Shown piece by piece: positions 26,329-40,233 of a stretch of 64,000 nucleotides of DNA. The notes under the pieces are model-generated. The model was given only the letters and a program-made list of their open reading frames with translations, was not told the origin of the DNA and ran no database searches. Every line of letters begins with the position of its first letter. The first letter of the stretch is position 1. The translations under genes were made by a program, and so were the position numbers. This DNA is from Adineta vaga (lineage: Eukaryota > Animalia > Rotifera): the NCBI GenBank assembly GCA_021613535.1, contig CP075493.1:6138001-6202000 (forward strand), read 5' to 3'.

Positions 26329-27198
26329 ATGTATAAAGTTATCAGATCATTTTGGTCAAAACCAGCATCGCCCAATAGACAACAATCATCAGCAAATTCA
26401 CAAAATGATGAAGATGGATGGGTCGTTGTTTCCGATGCAGGTAGTAAAAGTTTTGATTGACTATTGAACAAATTGATAAACATTTATTTTAATTAGTTAT
26501 GATAACTCCATCAATGAAAACGAATAGTATTATGACAAACAGTTGGATTGCAACACCGCCATTAGTAAAAAATGACGAATCATCTATGAATGTACATCAT
26601 TTCAATCCAATTGAGAATTTACTCATTGAACATGCGAGTATGAAAACTGATTGTTATAGTTTCATTTGATAATAAGAAATGATTTAGGTATGAGTGTGTA
26701 TGAACAGATTGCTTCGAAAACACGAATTAGACGACAAAAAGGTGCTATTAACAATGATAATAAAGTTGATGAAGAAGATGATGATGAAGATGATCCAACA
26801 TCCGTTGATTATCAAGTAAGATGTTACAAATAACAGAAATCGTAGATAATCAATCGATTCGATTCGTCCTTGTCACCTGAGAGAATTCATCGTTATTCAC
26901 ACTCTCTCATATTTAGAATTCCAATGGAACTTCTATGTTCAATCAAAATTTGAATGGATCAACACATTCATCTGTAACGAATCTTGATTCATCCCTTATT
27001 GTTCATCAACGTTATTTAAATCGTTTACATCAACGTCGTAAACGATCAAATAAACCATCACCATCATCGAAATTAATTTCAACAACTAACATCGATGATT
27101 CGAAACAGTTAACCAACAAAGCCATCGAACGGCAACGCTTAAATCATACACGTACACCGAAAATTCCTATTCAACAAACATCTCGTTTAATTCATTGA
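26329..27198 (+). CDS. TP53INP1/2 (DOR family) autophagy regulator
   Basis: LIR-like DEDGWVVV, SWIATPP and NPIENLLIEHASMSVY are DOR family motifs. Divergent from PNPO. Confidence 0.8.
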
Positions 27199-27749
27199 AT
27201 TATCTTCGGTTTTTTTTTCTTTCCATAGTATTACAGTAACAAACACTATTTTGTTTCTACTATCATTCCATATTATGTATATAAACTTTTTCTCTTTTCG
27301 ATACCAGTGTATTTCTGTAACTACGACTTGCATTTTGTTTTTTTGTCTCTTGATAATGTACAACTTCCGAATATATACATATATTTTTTTTTGTCAATTA
27401 TCTATATGTCATTTTTTTAGCATTCTTACACGATCTGAGAGTCCTCGAACTGATATTCAAATATTTCTTGCGTATTGAAACTTTCTTTTTTTTTCTTTTC
27501 TTTCTTTGCAGTGTGTTGTATAAACGTATGTGCACTATATTGTGAAAAAAAGAACAAAAATGAATGGTTAATATAAAAAAAAGAAAAAGAGAGGCTGAAT
27601 GAGACAGAAAGTAAAGAAATATGGTGTCCTTTTTTTTCTTCACCGTGTGAAAGTAAAAGAAACTAATGATTGAATGTTTTTAGATTGTATAAAATAAGAC
27701 TTTGCTAATGTTAATGATGATGAGCATGACGTGTTCAAAGAACTAACAG

Positions 27750-29382
27750 ATGGAAATTAGTAAAATACATCAACATCAAGGTGATTAAATCATTTTGTTA
27801 ATGATGTTGAAATATAATCATTTTTGTTTAATTATATCTAGATCCTGAGTCATCTACATCCATCTCACAAACAACAAGTGATATTACTGAAATACATCCT
27901 ATGGATTATCGTAAACATGAACGAGCAAGTCATCAGACTTCTCTATCGAATCGTTTTTGGAATTTTTCATCATCATCATCATCTTCATCACTACTATCCC
28001 CTCGATTTATCAGCTTATGCTTCCTAGTTTTTCTCTATTATATTGGTTATGCTTATTTACAAGTTTGTTCTTATTTTTTTTAAATAAGAACTTCAATGAA
28101 ATGGCCTTCATTTCGTCTTCATAGGAATTGATGTTTACATTGAAAGGTTTTGACGATACAGCTTGGTTTTTAACATGTTACCAATTTTTTGTCTATGCAA
28201 TTCTTTCATTTATTCATTTGGGTTTTGCTGGTCTTGATCAACGACGGTATTCGATATATTTAATACTATTGTGTGTTGTCATTTTCTTTTTGAATATCTA
28301 GAGCCAGTTATCGATCATATATAACTCTAGCTATTCTTACTGTTACAACAATGGGTTTATCAAATTATGCAGTTGTTTATTTGAACTATCCGTAAGATAA
28401 ATTCATGACATAATTTTTCATAAAGAAAAAGAACGAAATAATCTGTAAAATAGTACACAAGTGATGTTCAAATGTTGTAAATTAATTCCCGTACTTATCG
28501 GTGGTATTATTATACAAAGTAAGGAAATAGTTTATGAAATTGGAATCATTTTTATTTTAAATAGGAAAAACATTTAATCGTTATGATGTTGCTGCTGCAT
28601 GTTGTATGTCAATTGGATTGATATTTTTTACGTTAGCTGATTCAAAAGTTCAACCAAGATTTAATCTATATGGTAGAATTCAAATAAATCGATAGAAAAT
28701 TTTGATTAATATAGCATATATATATGATCTTTAGGAGTTTTAATTATCTGCTCAGCTTTAGTTGCAGATGCTGCAATCGGAAATTATCAAGAAAAAATTA
28801 TGAAAGAACATCATGTATCGAATGTTGAAATTGTTTTCTATAGTTTTACATTTGGTTTTGCATTTGTACTTTGTGGTCTTTTGTCAACAAATACTTTCTT
28901 TTCTAGTTTGGAATTTTGGAATAAGGTTTGAATTGTTTAATTGTCGCGAAAAATATTCCTGAAGTCTCCTTTTTCAGCATCCAGGACCAACATATGGTTA
29001 TGGTTTGATCTTTGCTATTGTTGGTTATTTAGGTATTGATATTGTTTTGACGTTAATTAAAGAATACGGTGCGTTAATCTGTGTTACCGTGACAACATGT
29101 CGAAAAGCAATAACAATTGTATTATCATTTACATTATTTTCGAAACCCTTTGTTTTTGAGTATGTATAAAACTTGAATGTTATTTCTATGTTTCTTAATC
29201 TATTGATTTTTAGTTATGTTTGGTCTGGTTTGATTGTTATCGTTGGTATTTATCTTAACGTTTACAGTCGCAATCAAACAGTATTCAATGCTAAAATAAT
29301 ATCATTTACTCAATATTTATTTGGTTCATGTTGGTGGTCGAAATTATTCTCTACGCCAACAACTCGAACATTACCTGTGTGA
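27750..29382 (+). CDS. SLC35B3: PAPS transporter 2, copy A
   Basis: TMGLSNYAVVYLNYPTQVMFKCCKLIPV, ALVADAAIGNYQEK, VTVTTCRKAITIVLSF. Confidence 0.9.
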
Positions 29383-29499
29383 TAAATGAATCTCATAGTT
29401 TCTTTGACAAAATTGATAATAATAAAAATTCGTGATGAAAAATGATCACAAAGTTTTTTCTTTATAGATGAGAATGAATTAAATAGAGAATGAACATTT

Positions 29500-29658
29500 A
29501 TGATGACAAATTTATATCCTACGTCATCATCAGTGTATTTATTTGGAATAAATCTATCTAGTCAAAGTCGATTAGTACAGTTTTTAATTATATCAACAGC
29601 TGTTTTAATTTTTCATGTTACTCAAGGATATATTCAAGTAAGAGAAGAGTTATTGATT

Positions 29659-29698
<40 letters not shown>

Positions 29699-31045
29699 TT
29701 TTGTTTTGTATAGGAATTAATTTTACAATTGAAACCATTACGAACTTATCCGAATTATTTTACACTCGTTCAATTCATATGCTTTACAATCCTAGCATAT
29801 ACAGAACGAATTCTCTTTGGAAAATCGATTAAAAGACGCAAGTAAGTCATACAATGCAAAACGATTAGTAGAACCTTGAATTCGTATGTTTGTTGTTTTT
29901 TTTATAGAGCACCAATTCAAACCTATGCAGTAATTGCACTATTTACGATTGCCACAATGGGTTTGAGTAATGCAGCTGTAATGCGACTAAATTATCCAAC
30001 ACATATGATGTTTAAAAGTTGTAAATTAATACCAGTTATGATCGGTAGCATGCTCATTTTAGGTAAGACTCGACAAAATCAATTTTTTTATTCTACATTT
30101 GTTTGTTTTTTTCTACTAGGTAAACGCTATAATCTGTACGATGTTCTTGCATGTTTATGTATGACTATTGGCCTGATTTTCTTTACGTTAGCTGATTCTC
30201 GAATTCAACCTGAATTTGATCTCTTAGGTAGAGTAAAGAAATTCAAAAGTTTTCTTTCGATGATCGAATTGATATTTAGGTGTTTGGCTTGTGTGTTGTG
30301 CATTAGTTGCTGATGCTGTCATTGGAAATGTACAAGAAAAAGCATTGAAAGAATATAAACCGAGTAATTCAGAAATGGTACGACGATTTTAATAACAGCT
30401 AAGAAAGTCATTTGTTTTCTCTTCTGAATAATTATAGATACTTTTTTCATATTCAATTGGTGCTATTTATTTATTAATATTTGATTTATTTTTTGGTTCA
30501 TTAAACGATGCTTTCTGGATGTGGTGGACTGTATGTTTATTTTCTTTGAACTAAATCTCAAATTGTATCTCTTCATGTTTAGTATCCGATAAGATCTTAT
30601 GTTTTTACTATGTTTTTCTCATTTGCTGGTTATCTCGGTGTCAATTGTGTACTTGATCTAGTACGACATTTTGGAGCATTGATAGCTGTAACTGGTAAGT
30701 TTCATTATTGAATATTTGTCTTTTTGTTTTTGTTAAATAAGATCGAATTTTAGTGACAACCTTTCGAAAAACAATTACAATTATTCTCTCATTTATTGCT
30801 TTTACAAAACCATTTACTTTTCAGTATGATATTTCATCTGATTAATTCATTTTCTAAATATATATCTATATTTTGTATTCAGATATTTATGGGCTGGTGC
30901 AGTTGTTGCATTTGGAATTTATTTGAATGCATATGGTCAAAATCAAAAGTCCATTGATACTTACACACGTTCAATATGGAATCGTTTATCATTAAAATTT
31001 CGTGGAAAAACATCGCTTTATCAGTATCCGCTTGAGTTAGTTTAA
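29500..31045 (+). CDS. SLC35B3: PAPS transporter 2, copy B (tandem paralog)
   Basis: TMGLSNAAVMRLNYPTHMMFKSCKLIPV, ALVADAVIGNVQEK, VTVTTFRKTITIILSF. Confidence 0.88.
29664..29694. repeat. (AG)n microsatellite, ~15 units, intronic
   Basis: agagagagag run in intron 1 of SLC35B3 copy B. Confidence 0.95.
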
Positions 31046-31327
31046 TTTGTTATTTTCTGTTTTTAATTTGCAAGAAAACAAAAAAAAAAGAATGATAAAT
31101 AAATTATTCAATTGTTGTTATCAATTGAAGAAGATGATAAATCTCTTCATTGATATTTATTAAGATGAATGAATACCGTTCTATTACTTTTTAAGAAATA
31201 AACAATGAAAAGTAAATATCATTTATCTTTGTTTAGTCATCTACACTAATGCATTAAATTTTATCTCTTCCTATATATATATATATACACACATAGTCAT
31301 TCTTATAATATAAGTCTTTAAAAAAAC

Positions 31328-32666
31328 ATGTATTTCAAAATACCTCTCTATTTTCTATTATTCACCACAATCACTGGTGATTCTTTATTTGATTGGGAAA
31401 AATTTAAACATGATTATAATAAACAATATACTTCTACTATGGAAGAATCGGCTCGTAAACAAATCTTTTTAGAAAATGTTGATAAAATCAAAGAATTTCA
31501 ACACACTCATCCAGATGCAACATTTACTATTGGAATTAATCATTTAACTGATCGACGTCCGGAAGTAAGAAAACATTGAAAATAGATATGAAAACTAAAA
31601 ATAATATACTAGGAATTAGTTACTGGTCCAAAAATTTCCATCGATACACGTCCACAAATCAAAGGAATACCGATTCAAACCAGAGCAAATCTACCTACTT
31701 CATTAGATTGGCGTGATAACGGTGTAATAACGCCAGTATATGATCAAGGACAACAAGCAAAAGTAAGCTCAATAGCTGCTGTTGGTAAGTCTTATTCTTG
31801 CTATTGAATGAAATGTATGGAGAAAAAAATCTTGATTGTAATCTTTTCAGAAGTCATTGAAAGCTATCATGCTATTCGAACGAAACAACTTATCAAAGGT
31901 AGTGTCGATCAAGTAAGCCGATGTTGTTCAGAAGATACTGGTATTTTCAATTGCATACTGACTAAATTGGGTGGTGGTATTTGTGCAGAAAGTGCATATA
32001 ATTCATCAAGTATTCCATGTGATAAAGATGCTTGTCAAGCATTTACTGAAGTATATGAAATATTCGTAGTTATTGATTCGATAAATAATTTTGAATTTAG
32101 TTTAATAAAGTTAATAGATTCGAACCATCTGATGAAGAGGCAATGCTAACATTAATCCAAGAATCTCCACTTTATGTTGGTATTGATGCAAGTCAAAGAT
32201 CATTTCAACTTTATCAAAGCGGTTGATTATATTATTGTTAAATTTTCTTTTTTCATAGTTGAGTTTTAGGTATATATCAAGATGAAACTTGTTCGAAAAC
32301 AGAAATTGATCATGTTGTAAATAAAACATAGATTTTTTTCCATAAATTTTCTTTCAATATTAATTTGTCTTGTAGGTACAATTAGTTGGCTATGGTATGA
32401 ATGAAGATACTCCTTATTGGATATTGAAAAATAGTTGGGGTAAGTTTTATTTTATTTGAATCTATGTTACTCTATTTCAGTACTATTTAGGCGTAAATTG
32501 GGGCAATAGAGGATACATATATCTTAAACGTGGTAGCAATACTTGTGGTATTGCCAATGTTGTTGAACAAATTCAATATATTAATAGTGCTGCACATCTC
32601 TTCACTTTGAATAGTTTATCTTTAATATTTGTTTATTTTATTTTATATTTTCTTTCCAATTTGTAA
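31328..32666 (+). CDS. Papain-family (C1A) cathepsin L-like pseudo-protease with I29 propeptide and hydrophobic C-tail
   Basis: Signal peptide, ERFNIN-like ESARKQIFLENVDKI, GINHLTD, LPTSLDWR, IDHVVQLVGYG, YWILKNSWG. The QGQCGSCWAF motif is replaced by QGQQAKVSSI. Confidence 0.85.
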
Positions 32667-34298
32667 AAGGTTAAGTCTATTTTCCTTGCTGACTGGAAAT
32701 ATAATTATCTAAAAGTGTATGATGATATTATACATCTATTATTCCATGAAAAGATCTTCGACCATTTCTTACAACTCAAAGAACATTAAAATTAATATAT
32801 CAATAAAATAAGAAAAGATCGAGCGAAAGGTCACCTATATTTCTAATATATTATCCTCTATAAAAAGAAAGAAAGGAAGTACGTAAATGTCTAATAAAAC
32901 TATAGTTTAGTCATAAAGAAGGAAGCGATCTTTTTCCAATGAATAATATTATTTGATAAAGTTTTCCTAGCATCAAATTTGTCTTTTAAATTAAAAACAT
33001 ATCGTAAGTCATGATGTTCTCTTGTCAAAGTTAATTATCCATAACTTCTATTTGATATGAGTTTGTGTGAAATAACATAATGGTACTTGCCAGTGACAGT
33101 AAATGAATAAAAGCATATCGTTTGGTTTTGTCTGAAAAAGTTCATACAACCATCAGAAAAATATGTTCCCAAAAGTTTCATGGATATGTGAAATTCTTTA
33201 CAAAAAATAGTGTGTGTGTTAAATAACTCGGATAAGGTTAGAATAAATGCATGTTTTATTAATTCATATGCAGTAAAAGTTTAGTCTTTGGAAATAGCAA
33301 TTCATTACGAGAACATGGAACTAGACTGATGTCTTTCAAACGAGAAGAATTCTAATATCAGTGAGTGAGTAATTCAGAACTAAGATAGACGAATAAGAAT
33401 AGAATTACTGTACTTGAAATGGATATTCTTTTGAAAGTTGAACCAAAACATGTCAGATGAAACTGTTTTTGTAAACTTTCCATGAGACGAGCAAGCATAT
33501 TTACTAGAACTCATTTGAGTTGATAAGAAAATATCAGAAACATAAGTATCACAGAAAACGAATAAGAATCGTATTATTTAGAACTCTTCTCTTTTCTACT
33601 CTTCAAATTTGACAAAAACAGATGGTTTCTGAGCCGATGCCCTCATTAAATTGATTAATATATTAATAGACAACTTCATGGCACTCCAGAGAAATTCATA
33701 TCTATTCCGTTTTGTTGCTCACCATGTCTCGTTTCTTTTTCCGGACGAGTGCTTTATCAAAGATATAATGTCGGCTTTCTTTCATATAAGGTACAAACTC
33801 TATGGATCAATAGATTAGATTCCGTCATTGAAATATTTTTTCGAGAAGACAAGAAAGAGAGAAATACACCTACACCTTATTTTCTTTCTATCGAACTTGT
33901 CTTTCTATGCAATGAAAGTATCATTTGTTTCTTTGATGAATAAATAAAATATGTTCATATCAGCATGTTCATTAATAAGGATGCGTGATTTCGTGTTTTT
34001 TTTCTATTTATGTCAAAAGAATCAAAGGAAAATTTGACAGGTACTTTTTCTCGAGAATACCAAGAAAAAATTGACGTAGAAAAGAATCATCTGATGTTTT
34101 CTTTGACTAACAATTCTAAACATCATTCAGTATTTGTAGACATTTTTCATGATATTTGAGTATGTAAGTGAACACGACTCCCATTTTTCTTCCCCGACGA
34201 TATATCCGTAGAAAATTCAATTAACTTAAACATGATAACTCGAAGAATAAAAAAGAAAAAGAAACATTCATTATTTTTTTAGATTTTTCTTCGAAATC

Positions 34299-35890
34299 AT
34301 GGAATATGCAGATCAATGTCCATCACTTTATCAAGACGTTTTTTCTAGTCCATCTTTTATCGAACAAAGCATTTTAATAATCTATTCCATAATATTCATT
34401 ATCGGTCTAGTGGGAAACATTATGACAATAATTATCATTAATTATAATACATATTTACGTACACCAACAAATTTTTATCTTTTAAATCTAGCTGTATCCG
34501 ATCTGATGATTCTTTTATGTAATTTACCATTAGAAATGTTAGAAATTTATCATCATCAATGGCCATTATCGAGTATTTTTTGTAAATTACGAAATATCTC
34601 CGCAGAATTTTTCACATGTTCATCAATATTAACAATTTTAGCATTTACATGCGAACGTTATTTTGCCATCGTTCATCCAATATATCTACATCGTTTAAGT
34701 CATTTTCGACGCGCACAAAATATCATTATATTTATTTGGTTAATTTCATTTGGATTTAGTCTTCCATTTGGACTTTCGTATGAAATTGAGAGTAATTTAT
34801 CAATAGTATCACATAAACCAACAACAATATTATTATTAACGAATAAAACAGAATTTATTCGAACAAAATATGTTGAAAAACATTTATCAATAAGATGTGA
34901 ATCATGTGTACCAAAACCAAGTGTAGAAAAACTTTTATCTATTATTATTATAATAACATCAATTTGTTTTTTCTACTTTCCAATGATTATTATTGGAGCA
35001 ATTTATTTATTTATTGGTCAAGCATTACGACGTGTTAGTAAATATGAAATTTGTACAAATCCTGCAGAACCAAGTACATCATCACAATCAAGTTAGTACA
35101 AAAATATATCGTCAAATGATTTATTTTCCGTATTCTTTTAGGTTTTTCAAATAAAGATGCAGTTGAATTGCAACAACAACAACAGCAACAACAAGGTTCT
35201 CATATGAATTCGTATTCGTGGTTAAAAATGCGTGCACGTTGTCAAGCTCGTAAAGTTGTGATTAAAACGCTAGGTAAGATCTTTTTCGTAGTTTCGTCAT
35301 TACGTCTTACAATGTCTTATTATATAAAATCTAATACTACTTGAACATGTCGGATACTTTTAGCAATAAATATAGGACATTTTTCTTTATTTTTAGTCGC
35401 AGTTGTTAGTGCATTTTTTATTTGTTATGCACCTTTATATCTCCAACGCTTGGTTTTAGCTATAATTAATCTAAATGCGAATATTCTCACAGAATTTACG
35501 TTCTTATCCAATTTTATGGCGTATCTATATGTTCTTTCGGGTATAACATTCTATTTTGGTTCTGTTATCAATCCAATTCTTTATAATGTTGTATCAAATA
35601 AATATCGACGTGCATTTCGTAACTTAGTTTGTTGTCGTTTATCAACACGAAACAAACCACCACAAAGTCCAATACAAAAATCTTTTCGTACTAAACATAT
35701 ACAAACAACAAAATTGATGGAAAATTATCCATGGAATCATCGAATAACTTGTCCGAATTATTCAATAAAACAACAAATACCAATTCATATTATAGGAAAA
35801 TCAATGAAAATGAATATTCATTTATCGGTATCTAATTCTTCATCAAACAATTCTCGACAGAAAAAAAAACGTTCAGATCTTTATGAATAA
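34299..35890 (+). CDS. Rhodopsin-class neuropeptide GPCR (NMU/pyrokinin/capa receptor-like)
   Basis: GLVGN, TPTNFYLLNLAVSDL, SILTILAFTCERYFAIVHP, AFFICYAP, INPILYNVVSNKYRRAF. Three exons and a polyQ in ICL3. Confidence 0.88.
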
Positions 35891-36651
35891 ATATTATACA
35901 TTGATTTCTTATGTTCTATATCTATAAGTTGTTCAAATAAATGAATTGTATTTTAATATTGAATAAATTGTCTATAGAAATTAATCTTGAATGATTTCAT
36001 TTCTTCTCGTATTTCTTATTTCATAATTCAAATTAACATCTGTCATGATTATTTAACAATGATGTAAATAATCTATAACGTCATTAAAATTAATATTTTG
36101 ACCTTGCTGCCTTTCATTGTTTTTACAGAAAATAATCACACGAGAATTTCGATTCTATTATCTATATCATCAAGTCTCTCATGTAAAATAATAATAATAA
36201 TAAACTAATTGCATTTCTATGTAAGAAGAATTCGAGAAGTGATGATCGACAAGTCAAGATTAAGATAATACAGTTCGAGTTTTATCTAACCATTAGTATG
36301 CCTCTAATTAACTTTGTCAATAGAGATTCTAAACTCACACGAACGTAAGAAATTACTTTACATCGTTAGATCTCGATGCTTTTTTTCCTTCTTCTTCTTC
36401 TACTCCCCCTTCTATTCATTCATTCATTCATTCATTCGTTCTTTCGTTTGTCTATCTATCATCTATTTCATTGATAGAAATGAAATAGCAAAAAAAAAAG
36501 GAATCATTATTTTGGTACAATCAACCTCAGTAAATAAAACCAATCTATATGAAGCTAAACAAAAATGACAAGCTTAGATTAGTTCGGGTTGTTGTTTTTT
36601 CTAATTTTTATCAACATGACTGTTTTTAGATTCTTTATAGAAGGAGAAACT

Positions 36652-38842
36652 ATGTCTTGGTATCATACAGCATTGCTTTCTGCTGATCGACCATCGTATC
36701 GAATCATCGATAGTTGCAAACGTTTTTCACGACGTTTAAGTACGGGAATTTATCGAGCTGTTCGTCGTCAACCAACATCAGGTAATTGTCTTTATGTATT
36801 TCAGTGATATTGAAATAAGATTTTTAAAATCTTCAATAAAAAAAGCAAAAGAAATATGTCTCACGATTGTCTTTCAGAAGTTCGATATATTGATTATGAT
36901 TCTAAGATAAGGTGGTAAGAAGAAAAGAAAATCATTAATAATTGAAACGATTACTGATGAGAATGACATACAAACTAAGTATTATTCACTGATCTCAAGA
37001 GTTTCGAAAATAGCTTTTAGCATATATGAGACTAGATTTTTGAATAAATCTTCCTAATAAAATTAAGCAAACATTCGTTACTTTGATGTTAATACAATGA
37101 GCAAGAACTAATCATATCGATGTTGCTCGGTTTTTTTCTCCTATAATAGAATTTCGAGTGATCGATCGAAAAGCAAATCATATACAAAAATAAATTGAAT
37201 CTATTTATGTAGAGAAATGATATTATATTTGAACTTAAAAATATTCTCATAGATATGTTGTCATTCATAATGAAGTGATATCACTTGTTCTTGATTGTAT
37301 TTGAAGACGTTGTATATTTCTGCTAAAAGTCATTCAGATGATAGATGATATGATTGGCAATATTTCATAGTCAATTAGAAACAGACGTGTGATGTTGTGA
37401 TCTCTTATCATTCATGTATAAGATATGTTTGTATGATCCGTATGTGTACGGATATATTGACTTCCTTAGAATTAACGATCATATAAGTAAAAAGAGACGA
37501 GCGAATAAAATGTCATCGACTCGTCTTCAATGTCATATTTGATCGTTCTTATCTTCCTGTACAAGTGTTCTAATCAAATATAAGAAAATAGATATGTATC
37601 AATATAGAAATATCGATGTGCTTTCAATTGTTTTTCTACTTAATAAACATTAGATTTGAGGATAATTATGGGTGCTAATATAGCATCACTTTCTCAAAGA
37701 CATAGTAGTTTAAATTTTAGTCGACGAAAACGAACAGCAAAAGGTAGGAATGATAGAGAATTAGAATTGCTTGTATATAAGAGATAAATTTGATGCAATG
37801 AAAACTATGTTCATTTAGATACACAATTGGATTCATTACTTTCAAGACGTTTTCAACATCCACGATCTATTGATGAAATTGTTAAATGTACACGATTTAC
37901 CAAAGCAGAAGTTCGACTTCTCTATCGAAGTTTTAAACAAGTATTTCAGAAATTGATATTTATTTAAAGTTTTTTCATGGGTTTATGTTTTTTTCGTTGG
38001 AAGCAATGTCCTGGTGGAAGTGTGAATGAAGAAAGATTACGAGCTATCTATATTCAATTTTTTCCACAAGGCAGTAAGTATAATCAATAGAATAGAAATC
38101 TTTTACAATTAATATTATTCATTTATATTCAAGATGCAGTAAGATATGCTCGTCATATATTTGCAATTATTGATCGAAATCATAAAGGAGCATGTACATT
38201 TGATGTAAGTTTATGTTCTTTATTTCTTTGTATTGGAAAAGTTTCATATTTGCTAGGATTATATATTAACATTATCAGTTCTATGTCGTGGAACGATTGA
38301 TGAGAAATTACGATGGATTTTTCGTTTCTATGATATTAATGGAGAAGGATTATTAGCACGTGAAGTAAGCATTGTCGTATTTGTATGATAAATATGAATA
38401 TGATTTAGGATATTGCTGAAATGATTCGATCATTGTATGATCTTCTTGGTCTATCAGTTCAGCCAGTTGTTGATGAACGTCATATTCAAAATCATATTGA
38501 CGAAATTTTTTATGTATGTAAACTTTCTACATATATTAAATAACTCTTCTTTTTCTTTTCCATAGAGTATTAGTCCAATGCGCAACGAACATATTGCGGT
38601 AGAGGATTTCATCGAATATTGCAAACGGGTTCGTATGCTTTGTTCTAGAGAGAGAGAGAGAAAGTCTACTAGTATTTTTCAATCTACAGTCAGACTAGAT
38701 AATTGATAATTATTTCGGAAAATTTGATTCATATTCAGAGCATATTCATTCCTACTTTATATATATTGAAACATTGTCTTTTTATTTATTTCAGCGACCA
38801 CAATTGATCGATTCAATCCAAGAATTATCATGTTGTTTATAA
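36652..38842 (+). CDS. Kv channel-interacting protein (NCS/EF-hand family) with two alternative first exons
   Basis: TRFTKAEVRLLYRSFKQ, CPGGSVNEE, IQFFPQG, LSVLCRGTIDEKLRWIFRFYDINGEG. First exons 36652-36781 and 37668-37743 are both phase 1. Confidence 0.88.
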
Positions 38843-38861
38843 ACAAAATCATTCTGTTTTA

Positions 38862-39458
38862 TCATGGACGATATTGATTTTCTTTGGAAGCTTGAATATA
38901 AGTCATCATAACTCGATCCCGTGCAAGAACATCTGGCGGATAAGGTGTATGACGTTCATTGAAACCAATATTTGTCGTTGGCTTATGTGGATTTTGCCGT
39001 TGTTGACGTTGATTATGTATTTGATTTTCATTTTGTATTACTGTTTCATGATTATCATTATTAGGTGTAATTACTATTTGGTATTTTTTTCCTCGATCAG
39101 AAGGATATTCTTCAAGAGAACTAATCGATTTCGAACGTTTTTTTTGTGTTGGTAATGGTTGTTGTACTTGTGATTTTTTCGGAGATATTATCACGGGACG
39201 TTTTGCTGGAATTGGAGAGACCAATGATGATGATGACGATGATACAGATGAACCAGAAACAACAGATACTGTTCGGCTAGTATACGAATCTGATGGTGTT
39301 ACTGAACGATTAGTCACAGGAGTGACAGTATTCGAACGACGATATTTTGTGCATAGTAAAAAGATGATTAGAAAAGCAACAGCGACAAATGCAACACTCG
39401 ATAATATAACAGAAATAAGTATGAGAACGGTTAATGTAGTCCCGGAATATGCTTCCAT
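38862..39458 (-). CDS. Single-exon protein with N-terminal TM anchor and S/P-rich disordered tail, unknown function
   Basis: 198-aa ORF with hydrophobic residues 8-36, then a basic KYRR stop-transfer. Confidence 0.7.
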   Translation of the reverse strand: MEAYSGTTLTVLILISVILSSVAFVAVAFLIIFLLCTKYRRSNTVTPVTNRSVTPSDSYTSRTVSVVSGSSVSSSSSSLVSPIPAKRPVIISPKKSQVQQPLPTQKKRSKSISSLEEYPSDRGKKYQIVITPNNDNHETVIQNENQIHNQRQQRQNPHKPTTNIGFNERHTPYPPDVLARDRVMMTYIQASKENQYRP

Positions 39459-40233
39459 AAGTATTTTTTATTATTATGTCCTATCGTTGAGATTTTATTC
39501 GTCTTTCATTTTATCTTCTGATAACATATGTCAACATCTTTACGAAATAATTCTATTTCATGTTATTCTTTTTACTTTTCTTCTTCTTCTATGAATATTT
39601 GTCATCAATATCGTATTTCATTATTTAATGTAGTTTAAAAAGTTCAAATTAAAATAAGTCTTCGATAGAAGTTCAATCTTGAACGTTTCTGAATAAAGAA
39701 CAATTTGATTAGATCATTACTGTTTAGATATTCGGAAAATGAACAAAACAGATGGTGTTAGTACTGTTAATTGTTACTATGTAGAGTAAATCATCAAGAA
39801 CATTTCTTATCAGTTAAATCGATTTAACTATGTATACTAATGGAATTAACAAAATGATATCACATAAAGTTAAGTTTTATATTTATTCTGTGATAAGATA
39901 TGATCCTTCATTTATATTTATATAATAAAAAACGAACTCATTTTTGTCCCTCGATAGAACAAGAAAATCAGTTTTGATTTTAAGGCAAATTTAGCCTGAA
40001 TATGAAATGTTTTATAATATCAGTCTGAAAATAACGAAGTATTCAAATAAGGTTCACTTAATTTTGATACACAACAGTGATTAATACAGAGTTTGATTAA
40101 CTTTGCTATCCGATGATAAACAAAAGAAGCGGATTTAAACTAGCCGTCCTTTATTCTTCGGCACTAAGTCTTTCTTTTTCCGATGAAATTCTATTGAATA
40201 TATACAACAATGAAAATTTCAACTCATCGTGTA

